Positions 9,953-20,200 are shown, numbered from the stretch's first letter. The stretch is DNA of 54,000 bases from Perkinsela sp. CCAP 1560/9 (GCA_965644495.1 CBFFSA010000053.1:1-54000); one strand, 5' to 3'. Made by a program: numbers and translations. The notes: generated by a model from the sequence alone, not told the origin.

Positions 9953-10019
9953 CAACAAGGTACAGAAACTGTATCTTTATCGTTAAAGAATTCTTTATCG
10001 TTAAAGAATATCTTTATCG
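9953..10019 (-). other. Spliced-leader (mini-exon)-like sequence preceded by two partial 5' copies
   Basis: Sense: acgataaagatatt-ctttaacgataaagaatt-ctttaacgataaagatacagtttctgtaccttgttg. The ACAGTTTCTGTAC..TTG core matches kinetoplastid/diplonemid SL exons. Confidence 0.8.
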
Positions 10020-10811
10020 TTTTTTTTTTTTTTTTTTTTTTGTTTTTATGCAAATAAAGAAAATTTTTCTCTCTCTTTCTCCTCTTTCTCACCTCTTGAC
10101 ATACTTTTCCCACCTTTCTCCCTACTTTCCTTCTTTCCCCTACCCAACTTTTCAACTTTTCAGGGGGGGTAAGGTCTCCCTCAGCTTCGCCTCACCCGGC
10201 CTGCAGGCGGCTCCTCAACCATTCGCGCGTTCCGGACCGGGTCTTTCGACCTCTCCACGGCCTGACTTGTGGACCTTTCCCTTGTTATACGGGAGGGCGC
10301 AGGCGCGGGCCTGTGTCGACAGCGACACGGTCGCGAAACAGGATGCTGGCCGACGGGGAGGAGATTCACTACCCGTGTACTACCTCACTTGGGGTACCTA
10401 GCCCTGACGGACTAGGCGTGAGTATAGACTCTGTCGACGAGACCAGCACCCTCAGCCTTCGAACATGCCGGGATCCGCGAGCCTTGGTTTAGGCTACTGC
10501 AAAATAAGTGCCGGTTGTGGATCTTCAGCCGGCATGCGTGAGACAAGCATTCTCGATTGAGAACGCATCAGGGTGAGGTTAAGCTCTTGAAGCAGCTGAC
10601 GGGTAGCTGCTTCTTGAGATAGAGTCCCCTGGGAACATGAGGCGCGATGCTTCCCAACCCATCTAAGGATTGATAGGGCACTTGCACTCCAAGCACCATA
10701 TGATTCTACCACCATGGCAACAAACACATGTTTTGCTTGTTCCGCCTCCTCTCTCTCTTTCACCTTGTGAGAAGCGACGTAGTGCTCCGCAAATGATCCT
10801 GCCGCCACCCC
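10020..10811 (-). mobile_element. 5'-truncated lineage B copy
   Basis: Nearly identical to the 3' end of B (C-terminal ~104 aa plus UTR); poly(A) as T-run 10020-10041. Confidence 0.92.
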
Positions 10812-10821
10812 GATCCTGCCG

Positions 10822-11269
10822 CCAATCCATTCGCGCGTTCCGGACCGGGTCTTTCGACCTCTCCACGGCCTGACTTGTGAACCCTTCCCTTGTTATATGG
10901 GAGGGCGCAGGCGCGGGCCTGTGTCGACAGCGACACGGTCACGAAACAGGATGCTGGCCGACGGGTTTCTTTTTTTTTTTTTTTTTTTTGCAGTTAATAA
11001 GGGGGGAGAAGTATGAATCGCGGCATTGCCTCTATATTTTGACCCAGTAGACGAACCAAGTAGGTCCATTGGGGGGGGGTATACGAGTTGAAAACAAGCA
11101 ATCAAATTAGCAATTCTTTTTGTTTCTACAGATGTACCTTTTGTTTTTTCTCAGCCCAAAACTAGCAATTTAATCTCCCCTAAGTATATACTACAAACAA
11201 GAAACAGTAAAAACTAAAACAAGCAATACAGACCCAATCCATTCGCGCGTTCCGGACCGGGTCTTTCGA
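10822..11269 (-). mobile_element. Two 3'-UTR-only fragments
   Basis: 10822-10965 is part of the conserved RNA. 10970-11269 is the end of the conserved RNA plus distal UTR and poly(A). Confidence 0.85.
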
Positions 11270-11687
11270 TGGGTTATCCGTGCTCATCAACAAACCTCCG
11301 AGAGAAGAATGCTTGTACAATCATGATCCCCATATCGCCCATGCAGGCTTCATAAGGAGAATGAATCCTGCTTTTTTCTTTAACGTTGCACTGCACAAGC
11401 TCGGAATACGAAGACGTATATATCTTCGTCTTCGTATTTTCAACGCGATGGTGAGCTCCGTCCTTTCATATGGGTGCTCAACTCTCACGCCGAGTAAAAC
11501 AGAGCTTAAATCAGCAGATATAGAAGTCAACAAAATGAGGAGGCTGGCTACAGGAACTCCTTTGTGGGATGGACACAAATCAATCCCAACGAAGGCTCTC
11601 TATCGAGGAGGCTTGATGTTTTCGACTGTAGTGAAAGTAAGCAGAGTCAAACTTGTAGGACACCTTCTAAGTACTAAGAATATTTAG
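11270..11687 (+). pseudogene. LINE RT thumb-region fragment (RTE/Ingi-like)
   Basis: LRLRIFNAMVSSVLSYGCSTLT..EVNKMRRL..RVKLVGHL, homologous to the 21499..22041 fragment. Confidence 0.65.
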
Positions 11688-11897
11688 TTATTCAATAGCC
11701 AGCTTACAAAGACGCGTAAGCTTAGTTAGTTACTATCCCCCTGACAAGGGGGGTAGCGCCAATACGAAACGGAAGAAAACAGAATATGATGACAAAAAAA
11801 AAAACTGGGCACCGCCGGCACCCACCCAGTCGCTAGTTCGTGTATCCCACCGTCTCGCCAAGTTCCATATTGGTAAAAAAAAAAAAAAAAAAAAAAA

Positions 11898-12027
11898 CAA
11901 CTCGTATACCCCCCCCCCCCGAATGGACCTACTTGGTTCGTCTACTGGGTCAAAATATAGAGGCAATGCCGCGATTCATACTTCTCCCCCCTTATTAACT
12001 GCAAAAAAAAAAAAAAAAAAAAAAAAA
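11898..12027 (+). mobile_element. Distal 3'-UTR fragment with poly(A)
   Basis: caactcgtatacccc..ttattaactgc(A)25, the same sequence as the minus-strand pieces near 5350-5460 and 10990-11090. Confidence 0.85.
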
Positions 12028-15000
12028 CTTTAACGATACAACCATAACTTTACTCTTTAACGATAAAGATACAGTTTCTGTACCTTGTTGAATTATTTTC
12101 TTTTTTCCTTTCCCCTTTTTGGTTCAACTAGTATGTCCTGCCGCGAACGTCCATGTACACACTCCTCAGAAAATGAAGCGTTCTTAGCAAGAATGGTGAA
12201 CACAGACGACGTTACATTGAACGAGGCGGAGAAATCACACCTTCTTGGTAGTTGGAATCAATTTGAGGGCAACAGACATCTCATCTCAGCTCCCAGTACC
12301 TATGACGAAAGTCTGTACACAACGGAAATCCCGAGGAATATCCCTGCAGAATGGCTACGCCTCGCTGAAAAAAAATCAGACGACCGCGAAACACCGGACA
12401 CGGGACACCACCTAGCCGAGAATGAGGAAATACAACACTGCGCAGTACAACGAAAGGGTACGACAGCCAACCTTGCAGCTAGTATTTCTACTCTGAAATC
12501 AGGGCCAGCAATCAACGCTGCACTGAAGGATGCAATATCACGTCAACAGCGCAATGCGGATGGGATCAAAGGAGTTTCAAAGACGGATAACCGATCACCT
12601 AGGCGACCCTTGGAAACACGAAGGCAACACCAACAGACTATTAAGGACAGCACCCTCGGCGAACAAACGCCGACACGCTCTCAGCCAGCCCACCAGATCC
12701 AATCACCTCCAAAGCATTCCTCCGGCACAAAACCCATGACTAGCGAAACTGGTTGTTCCGAAGCACAATCGGACGGTAGGCGCGAAGACTTTGGCAACAG
12801 ATATGCCCCACGAAACGGAAGCGACAAGCCCCCGCCACTTCCGCAGAGCGCTCCCAAACACCGCATCTGTCCTGCTGAAGGATGCGCCTGGCGCACGATT
12901 GCACATGGAGGGTCTTGGCAAGCATATTATAACCACGTAGCGTACCACCACAGTACCGGCGTCCCGGCTGCATGGTGGGCAGCGGAAGGCAAGTTCCTTT
13001 GTGAAACGTGCGGCAAACACTACACGCTCAACCGTAAAACTACGCACCCGAAGACCTGCATCGGTCAATCAAGTCAAGCAGCACAAATGTCAGTAGATAT
13101 TTTTTCGCAGCACTCCATCGTAACAGAAACCGCCGAATTACCTACTTTGGCAAGTGTCTGCACACTCGCGAAGAGCACATGTAAAGACGTGCCCCACCGA
13201 TGCCGTCAGCTGTGGGCGGAGATCTTAACTAGCGCTTTGAAGGCAGCAGTACAAGAAAACTCAGTAGCGACATGGACACTCCTTGCCATGCTCCCAAAGT
13301 GTGTGTTACCGGCCCCTCGACGCGGAGGGCGTAAAGGCTACATGGCGTACTCATCCCACGTTCGAAAGTGCATGGAGCGATGGATGGCAAAGGAATACAC
13401 TCAGTTGTGGAAAGAGGCAGCCGCTAATAGACGACAACGAAACCCTGACCCCATTTCGGAACAACATGAGGCCCAGAAAGCCGTCATCCGCGCAGAACTT
13501 CTAGTCAGACAAGGTGAATTCTCTAGAGGTATGGCTGCCTTAACCGCAGCGCCAATGGCAGATGAAAACGAAGAAACATATGCAAAGCTGTTGGAGAAGC
13601 ATCCGGCACGTCAAACTACTACGGAAGCCCTCGCCGACCCTCCACCACATGTCAAACATTTGAACCTCGAAGAATCCGATATTAAAGTAGCCATAAACAG
13701 TTTTCGTCGAGGATCTTCAGCAGGTACGATGGGTCTCCGCCCGGAACACTTACAATCCGCGCTTCTTTCCTACGAAGACAAGAATGTTCACCCGCTTCAG
13801 GAACTCACAAACCTAGCTAATCATCTTCTTTCTGGCAAAGCACCCATCGAAGTACAAGCATATTTCGCAGGTGCGCGACTATGTGCGCTCAAGAAGGGGG
13901 AAAACGACGTTCGCCCTATCGCAGCGGGGGAGACTATTCGTCGGTTAGTGAGCAAGGCCGCATGCAGTAGTGTCCGAATGAAAGCGGGGAAATACTTTGA
14001 AGCACAACAATATGGAGTGGCCACCCGAGCAGGGGCAGAACGTATCATTCACCTTTGTAGGCTTGCAATGGACACTGACACAACAAATTCCGATATAGTT
14101 TTATGCAAAGTTGATTTGTCCAACGCATTTAACAACGTTAGCCGTGACGCATTCATCAGTCTCACCAGAGAGCACTTCCCGGAATTGTCCAGATGGGTAG
14201 AATGGTGCTACGTCGAAACCAGTAGCTTAACTTACGGGCACCGTTTCGTACCGTCCGCGGAAGGGGTACAACAGGGCGATCCCCTCGGTCCTCTTCTCTT
14301 TTCCTTAGTCATGTTGGAGGTTACCAAACAAATTCAGTCGTACACGGAACTTCTTCTAAACCTGTGGTACTTAGACGATGGAGTTTTTATAGGGAAAGCG
14401 GAAGAAGTAAGAAAAGCCCTCGACATACTTGATCACCTCGGACCAGGTCAGGGACTACACCTCAATAGCAAGAAATGCGAGATCATCACACTACCCTCAT
14501 CTGCACACCAAACATCTCTTTTCCCAGATATACCAAAAGACAAGCAAAACACAGAAGGAAATTTCGACATCCTAGGAAGCCCTATCGGATCCCACAAACA
14601 CTGCGCCGAATACCTCATGACCAATGCGATCGAACCAGCAGAAGAAACTTTAGTTGCTTCCAGTTTAATTGAGGACCCGCAGGTCGCCATGGCACTGATA
14701 CGACAATGTGCTGGCTTTTGTCAACTGGTCTACGCCCTACGTACAACACCCCCACAATGCATACAACGCGTTTGCGAACATCTAGACAATTCACTGTTGA
14801 GCACAGCAGAGGAAATACTTTGCCCACTGAACGCCCCTGCCCGCGCTCAGATCCAACGCCTGAAGAGACACGGAGGTTTCGGTCTGCGTTCATCGGAAAT
14901 GTACTCGTCTTCAGCTTACATAGCATCTGTGGTGTTCGCAGCAAGCAAGGACGGATGGAATCCACTGGACGCGGAAGGTTTTTCACCTGCCGTCAACGAC

Positions 15001-16551
15001 GTGAACGCAAAAGCCGGAGGCACTCTCGTAGATCCCGAAACGGGTCGTTTCCTTTGCCCCACCACCCAACAGCGCGACCGATCACATCCCTCTTTTCCAC
15101 CAAAGCCACCCATTCACTCTTCCACACAGGTCGATACAGCCCGCGAGCCATCAGACACCGGACCTTTTTTAGATGCTGACCCGCCGTTGGGCGCTGACCT
15201 TGACATAGATATTGACCCGCCAGAATGGGACGAAAGTATCATCCCACGTCATAAAGATATCATCCGCGCTATAGGGGAAAGGGAGTTTAATATAGCATAC
15301 TGTTCCGCTGATACACGAACGCGAACCAGATGGGTATCACAATCAGGGAAAGGGGCTAGCAGCTGGGCATTCGTCACCCCATCGAAGGACCTGGGCTATG
15401 CATTCAAACCCGCGGAGTTTCGAACCTTGTGTCGATGGTGGTTGGGGGTGGATGTATACGGAGAAACTCGTCCATGTCCCTCGGATGAATGCAAACTCCC
15501 TCTGGGTCCTGAAGGGGATCACGCACTCGTGTGCAAACATGGACAAGGTATAATAAACCGGCACAATTCCCTGGTTGAACATTTTTCCTCCTTCTGCGGG
15601 CATGCCTCTTTGGCACCCCAACGAGAGCACAGTCTTGGCAATCGAGGTCCCGGAGGGGGGCTCACCAGACCAGGCGATGTGTTTCTCCCCACGTATTCCA
15701 AGGCTAAAGGCATGGTCCTTGATTTTGCAGTTACCCACGCTCAGCAAACTAAATACACGGACAAAGTTCGTAACGCTAGCTGGGTAGCTGCAGGATCATT
15801 CGCCGAGCACTACGCCGCGGAAAAAAAGGTGCACCAACGGTTGGAGGCTGAGGAAGCAGGCCATGAATTCACAGCCATGGTGGTAGAGAGCTATGGCTCC
15901 TGGAGCGTGAGCGCAACGTCCGTTCTAAAGGGAGTCGGAAAGAGGCGGGCACAGGCCTCAAATGGGACCCTTAAGGAAGAGCAGGCTACAAATAAATTGT
16001 ATGCCGAATTGAATGTGACCCTCATGCGAGCACAAGCTCGTATGATGGTTACACGCATGGCTGTGCCCGACCCGAACGAGCCCATCACGGAAGGATAGTG
16101 TCGGACCCAACGGATCCTATGGTGGTGACATAGGCCACGGGTGCTGGTCGGGTCGACAGAGTCTATGCTCACGCCTAGCCCGCGAGGGCTAGGTACCCCA
16201 AGTGAGGTAGTACACGGGTAGTGAATCTCCTCCCCGTCGGCCAGCATCCTGTTTCGCGACCGTGTCGCTGTCGACACAGGCCCGCGCCTGCGCCCTCCCA
16301 TATAGCAAGGGAAGGGTTCACAAGTCAGGCCGTGGAGTGGTCGAAAGACCCGGTCCGGAACGCGCGAATGGATTGGGTCTGTATTGCTTGTTTTAGTTTT
16401 TACTGTTTCTTGTTTGTAGTATATACTTAGGGGAGATTAAATTGCCAGTTTTGGGCTGAGAAAAAACAAAAGGTACATCTGTGGAAACAAAAAGATTTGC
16501 TAATTTGATTGCTTGTTTTCAACTCGTAAAAAAAAAAAAAAAAAAAAAAAA
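12026..16551 (+). mobile_element. Full-length CRE/SLACS-type retrotransposon, lineage C
   Basis: SL-like head 12026-12090, intact ORF, shared 3' RNA 16139-16371, poly(A) 16528-16551. Confidence 0.93.
12133..16098 (+). CDS. LsmAD-like + Zn fingers + RT + REL polyprotein (lineage C)
   Basis: First ATG at 12133 (the track's TTG start lies inside the SL). GSWNQFEGN..STYDESLYTT..EEIQHCAVQR; CPAEGC..H..H; YLDD; RHN, RPGD, LDFAVTH. Confidence 0.93.
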   Translation: MSCRERPCTHSSENEAFLARMVNTDDVTLNEAEKSHLLGSWNQFEGNRHLISAPSTYDESLYTTEIPRNIPAEWLRLAEKKSDDRETPDTGHHLAENEEIQHCAVQRKGTTANLAASISTLKSGPAINAALKDAISRQQRNADGIKGVSKTDNRSPRRPLETRRQHQQTIKDSTLGEQTPTRSQPAHQIQSPPKHSSGTKPMTSETGCSEAQSDGRREDFGNRYAPRNGSDKPPPLPQSAPKHRICPAEGCAWRTIAHGGSWQAYYNHVAYHHSTGVPAAWWAAEGKFLCETCGKHYTLNRKTTHPKTCIGQSSQAAQMSVDIFSQHSIVTETAELPTLASVCTLAKSTCKDVPHRCRQLWAEILTSALKAAVQENSVATWTLLAMLPKCVLPAPRRGGRKGYMAYSSHVRKCMERWMAKEYTQLWKEAAANRRQRNPDPISEQHEAQKAVIRAELLVRQGEFSRGMAALTAAPMADENEETYAKLLEKHPARQTTTEALADPPPHVKHLNLEESDIKVAINSFRRGSSAGTMGLRPEHLQSALLSYEDKNVHPLQELTNLANHLLSGKAPIEVQAYFAGARLCALKKGENDVRPIAAGETIRRLVSKAACSSVRMKAGKYFEAQQYGVATRAGAERIIHLCRLAMDTDTTNSDIVLCKVDLSNAFNNVSRDAFISLTREHFPELSRWVEWCYVETSSLTYGHRFVPSAEGVQQGDPLGPLLFSLVMLEVTKQIQSYTELLLNLWYLDDGVFIGKAEEVRKALDILDHLGPGQGLHLNSKKCEIITLPSSAHQTSLFPDIPKDKQNTEGNFDILGSPIGSHKHCAEYLMTNAIEPAEETLVASSLIEDPQVAMALIRQCAGFCQLVYALRTTPPQCIQRVCEHLDNSLLSTAEEILCPLNAPARAQIQRLKRHGGFGLRSSEMYSSSAYIASVVFAASKDGWNPLDAEGFSPAVNDVNAKAGGTLVDPETGRFLCPTTQQRDRSHPSFPPKPPIHSSTQVDTAREPSDTGPFLDADPPLGADLDIDIDPPEWDESIIPRHKDIIRAIGEREFNIAYCSADTRTRTRWVSQSGKGASSWAFVTPSKDLGYAFKPAEFRTLCRWWLGVDVYGETRPCPSDECKLPLGPEGDHALVCKHGQGIINRHNSLVEHFSSFCGHASLAPQREHSLGNRGPGGGLTRPGDVFLPTYSKAKGMVLDFAVTHAQQTKYTDKVRNASWVAAGSFAEHYAAEKKVHQRLEAEEAGHEFTAMVVESYGSWSVSATSVLKGVGKRRAQASNGTLKEEQATNKLYAELNVTLMRAQARMMVTRMAVPDPNEPITEG

Positions 16552-17223
16552 TGACACTCCGTTTTATGACGTTATGATGTGGAACAAGGACCCCAATTCA
16601 CGCGTAAAATCACTATCTGAAGCGTGCGCGGAGGACCTGGGCATTGAAATCGAACACTTATGGGAACAGGCACAAGATCGTACAGCATGGCGTATGCTGG
16701 TTGAAGGCTTGAGGGAGAACCTTGAACCTACCGCACGTTACGTACCTGTGTCAATAAAAAAGCGAGAAATAGAACAAATCTTACTCTCAAACGCGAGCCC
16801 GATGGAAAAGTGGGAATCTTTGCAGTTTTTCGAAGAGGGATCGACGTTGTGGCCCGATTATGGACTCTTGCACATGTATTGTGATGGGTCATCACAACGT
16901 AAATTCAACCAAATAGTCGCGGGAGCTGCGGTAGCTGTGGCACAGAACGGGTATGTTGCCTTTTCGAAGAAACAATCATTGCAAAAGGCGGACGCTACAT
17001 CCATCAGATCAGAGCTTCACGCATTTTTTCTTGCACTGCAAATCGGGGAGGGTAAGCAAGAATCCTTCGTTGTGCATGTCGATTCGGAGTACGTCTGGAA
17101 CTTTTGGCACAAAATACGTGTACCGTATCAGTTGGGTAAATACGCAGACTGGGAAAATGCAGATTTGCTTGAACGTATTTCCAGCTTGGCCGAACGTATT
17201 TCCAGCTTGAACGTATTTCCAGC
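16552..17223 (+). pseudogene. LINE fragment: post-RT AxDRxxWR motif followed by RNase H N-terminal half
   Basis: AQDRTAWR (RTE-like), LHMYCDGS, SIRSELHAF, VHVDSEY; ends in a triple junction repeat. Confidence 0.72.
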
Positions 17224-20200
17224 TTTCTGTACCTTGTTGATTTAATTTTCTATTTTTCTACGCTTATGACACGCCTTTCTCGTACGTCTCGTTTAGATTC
17301 CGAAAACACGCGGAAAAAGGGCAGCAGAACAACAGTGAACAACGGGAAGTCTCACGGGAGAGTTGAAAAACAACGTACTCAACGAGATCAAAGCAAGACG
17401 AACGGAATAAAGGTAGCAGAAGAATCAGGATCGCACACGGAGACACCAGTGAAGGTGAAGAAGACTCCAAAGATCAAGATAATAGGTTCCAAAACACTAG
17501 CCCCGAATTGGGCGGACCATGAGCCTCCGTGTGAAATCACATCGCGGAATCTAATCAAAATCAAAGCCAAGAACTTCCGCATCGGATCTACGAGTCAATC
17601 ACACGAGAACATAGCCCATGACGAAAACCATATCCAAGAGGACCCAGCCAAAGAAATGTCCGAAACAGAAAGCGAGACCAGTGATACAATGTGTCTGGAC
17701 GACGATGGATCGACGCAAGATCGAGTACAGGAGCTAATGACACAGGCCGGCAACAAATCGCCCGACCAAGTGTACAACATCGTTTCCAAGTGGGGCAAGG
17801 GTACAGAATGTGTGATCGAATGGGGCTTCCGACAGAACACTACAAACTACAAGTCAAACGGCATCGTTGTAGGCAGGACCGTGCGAAAATCAACCGTGAA
17901 AGTCAAGATTTCATACGAGCCGGCTCTAGGTCACGATGGTCCATGCGGTTTTCTTTATCTTCCACCGTCCAATAAAATCAGAATCTGTAACCTCCAAGCC
18001 ACTAAGTTATTCAAAATCGAGATGCCGACACAAAATTTGGAGGAACAAGCGGAGCACATCTCATGCGAAGACGGTCAGAGTGACCTTGATCCGCTCCCGC
18101 CTATGGCTCAAATAGACCCATCTTTCGCGGTTCATGTTGTGGCGATTTTCCGTGCGATAATTCGGGGATATGCAGCGGCGGAGCTTGACTCAGAAAAAGA
18201 GGCGATATGGCACAAATTTTTGAATGCGCCTCGCGATTCACTTGCGACAGTACGTCAAGCAATTCGACGAAACCAAAAAGTAGCTCATGTTCGCAACGAC
18301 CGAGAAAACTTGGAAGCTAGCAACTTGAGTGCGGAACAACGGGCGGAGTTAGAAATTGACAGGCGTTCGATCAGGCACGCCCTACAGACGGCGCGGGCAG
18401 GAAACCTTGGCAAAGCAACTCGGATCCTGGACAATGTCTACAAGGAATCAGCTCTCACTCCTGAAGAAAAAGTGCGAAAGCTTCAACAACTTCATCCTGA
18501 AGGCGACGCCATACGAATCTTTGGAGTGTGTTGTGTTTTTTCACTTCAAAAGAAGTGTTTTTTCATAAAGAATATTTTCTTGTAGTATATACAAGGGGTT
18601 AAAAAAGATAAGCTGGCTGCTCGCGCTCGATCTGGTCAAATCTTCGGATTTGACTTGCGTGCTGCGTGGCACAGCTCCTAGCAAGCGATAAGGGGGGGCT
18701 TGTCCTAGGGAGGTAACATCTCCTCGGAGATATTTTGCCTAAAAATCAATCAATCAATCAATACGAATCCCGGAAGCAGACTTCCCACGGACTGGCGTTG
18801 TTGAGAAATCAGAGGTTCGCCTAGCGACCGAAAAATTATCCAGAGGCGCTTCACCAGGACCAACCGGCCTGAGTGAAAGCATGATGCGACTGCTCGTAGA
18901 CGACGAAGAGTCATGTCTTTCACTTTGCCACATGCTTCGGGATGTCATCAACGGCGAAGTTCCTCTGAATGTGCGAAAACGTCTAACCCGATGCAGAATC
19001 ATCGCGCTAGCGAAACCTCAAAATGGAATTCGACCTATTGCGATGGGGGATACCATTCTGAAGATTTGCGGTTCCATCCTTCTACAACGACATGAAAACG
19101 CTCTGCAAAATTTTTTCTCCCCAATTCAACGAGGCATTTTGCAAAAAAACGCATGTGAGTCCATCGTTCACGAACTTTTAAATGAATACGAAGAAGGACA
19201 TGCTATCCTCACCGTCGATTTTAGCAACGCGTATAATACACCACAACGCAACGCCATTGCTGAGGCACTCCTTGGTAATCCCATTTTCAAGCCTTTCATG
19301 CGCCTATTCTACCTAGAATATGGGATTCCCTCTGAGCTGCTATTTTTTGCGCACAATGCTCTGTTTGCTACCATCGAAAGCTCTTCAGGAATTCGCCAAG
19401 GATCGGCACTTTCATCAATGTACTTCTGCGCACTTTTGCAAGGCCCGCTACGAGAACTCATGCACCTCTATCCTGACGTGAAGATCCGAGCATACCAAGA
19501 CGATGTGACTTTGAGCTCCAAAAACGTGCAAGCATTGGAGGCAGCTTTCTTTTACCTGCGTGAGATCGCCGCAGAGATGAACCTCCGAATTAATTTCCAG
19601 AAATGCGATTGGTTTCAGAAGAACATTCCCAACATAGCTCAGCCTCCTCCGTTGGAAAAACTTGGAGTAAACTTTTGCAGTGATGCGATAAAAGTCTTAG
19701 GCGCATACGTAGGTACAGACCAAGTCGTGGAAAATCTGCTGATCAAGAAAATGGAGAAACACAAGTGCCTATTCCGCAGGTTGTTGCTTATGGGTCCCAG
19801 TAATTTGTCTCTTGCCATTCTCCGCCGTTGTACGATTCCACGGCACGATTACCATCTACGAGTACATCGGCCAGGCGCTACTTTCCAACTAGCACAATCC
19901 TTCGAGAACCAAGTAAACAAAGTTCTAGAAAAGTGGAGTGGAGCAGACGCAAACGCCCTGAAACTCGCCGCTCTACCACAGAAACTCGGTGGCCTAGGCT
20001 TAATTTCCTCGACTCTGAAGCAAAAACATTTCTTCGAAACTGCCAGCAAATCTATTGATGAGCACCTTAAACCCAATAACGCTCCGGTAGATCAGAAAGG
20101 CAGCGAAAAAGCTATGAAACAACCGCAAAGTCGAGGAGAGGCAGCGCGCAAGCTATTGAAAAAGAAGCTAAGTGCAGAACACGATAAACAGATAACTGAG

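Larger units (their letters stand above)
5501..10019 (-). mobile_element. Full-length CRE/SLACS-type retrotransposon, lineage B
   Basis: SL-like 5' end (9953-10019), intact 1313-aa ORF, shared 3' RNA (5691-5923), purine-rich distal UTR, poly(A) (T-run 5501-5513). Confidence 0.93.

Noticed and set aside
9953-10019. SL RNA gene
   Set aside because: The exon-like sequence is followed by AATT.. and the element UTR; there is no GT donor, intron or SL gene repeat unit anywhere in the window.
11733-11775. Hammerhead ribozyme (CTGAC..CGAAAC)
   Set aside because: The core is not CUGANGA and stems II/III do not form in the required arrangement.
16139-16371. HDV-like ribozyme, RNase P RNA or SRP RNA identity for the shared RNA
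   Set aside because: There are only partial resemblances (GCGAATGG end; GGAAAGGTCC). I could not build the HDV nested pseudoknot or find the other conserved regions of those RNAs.
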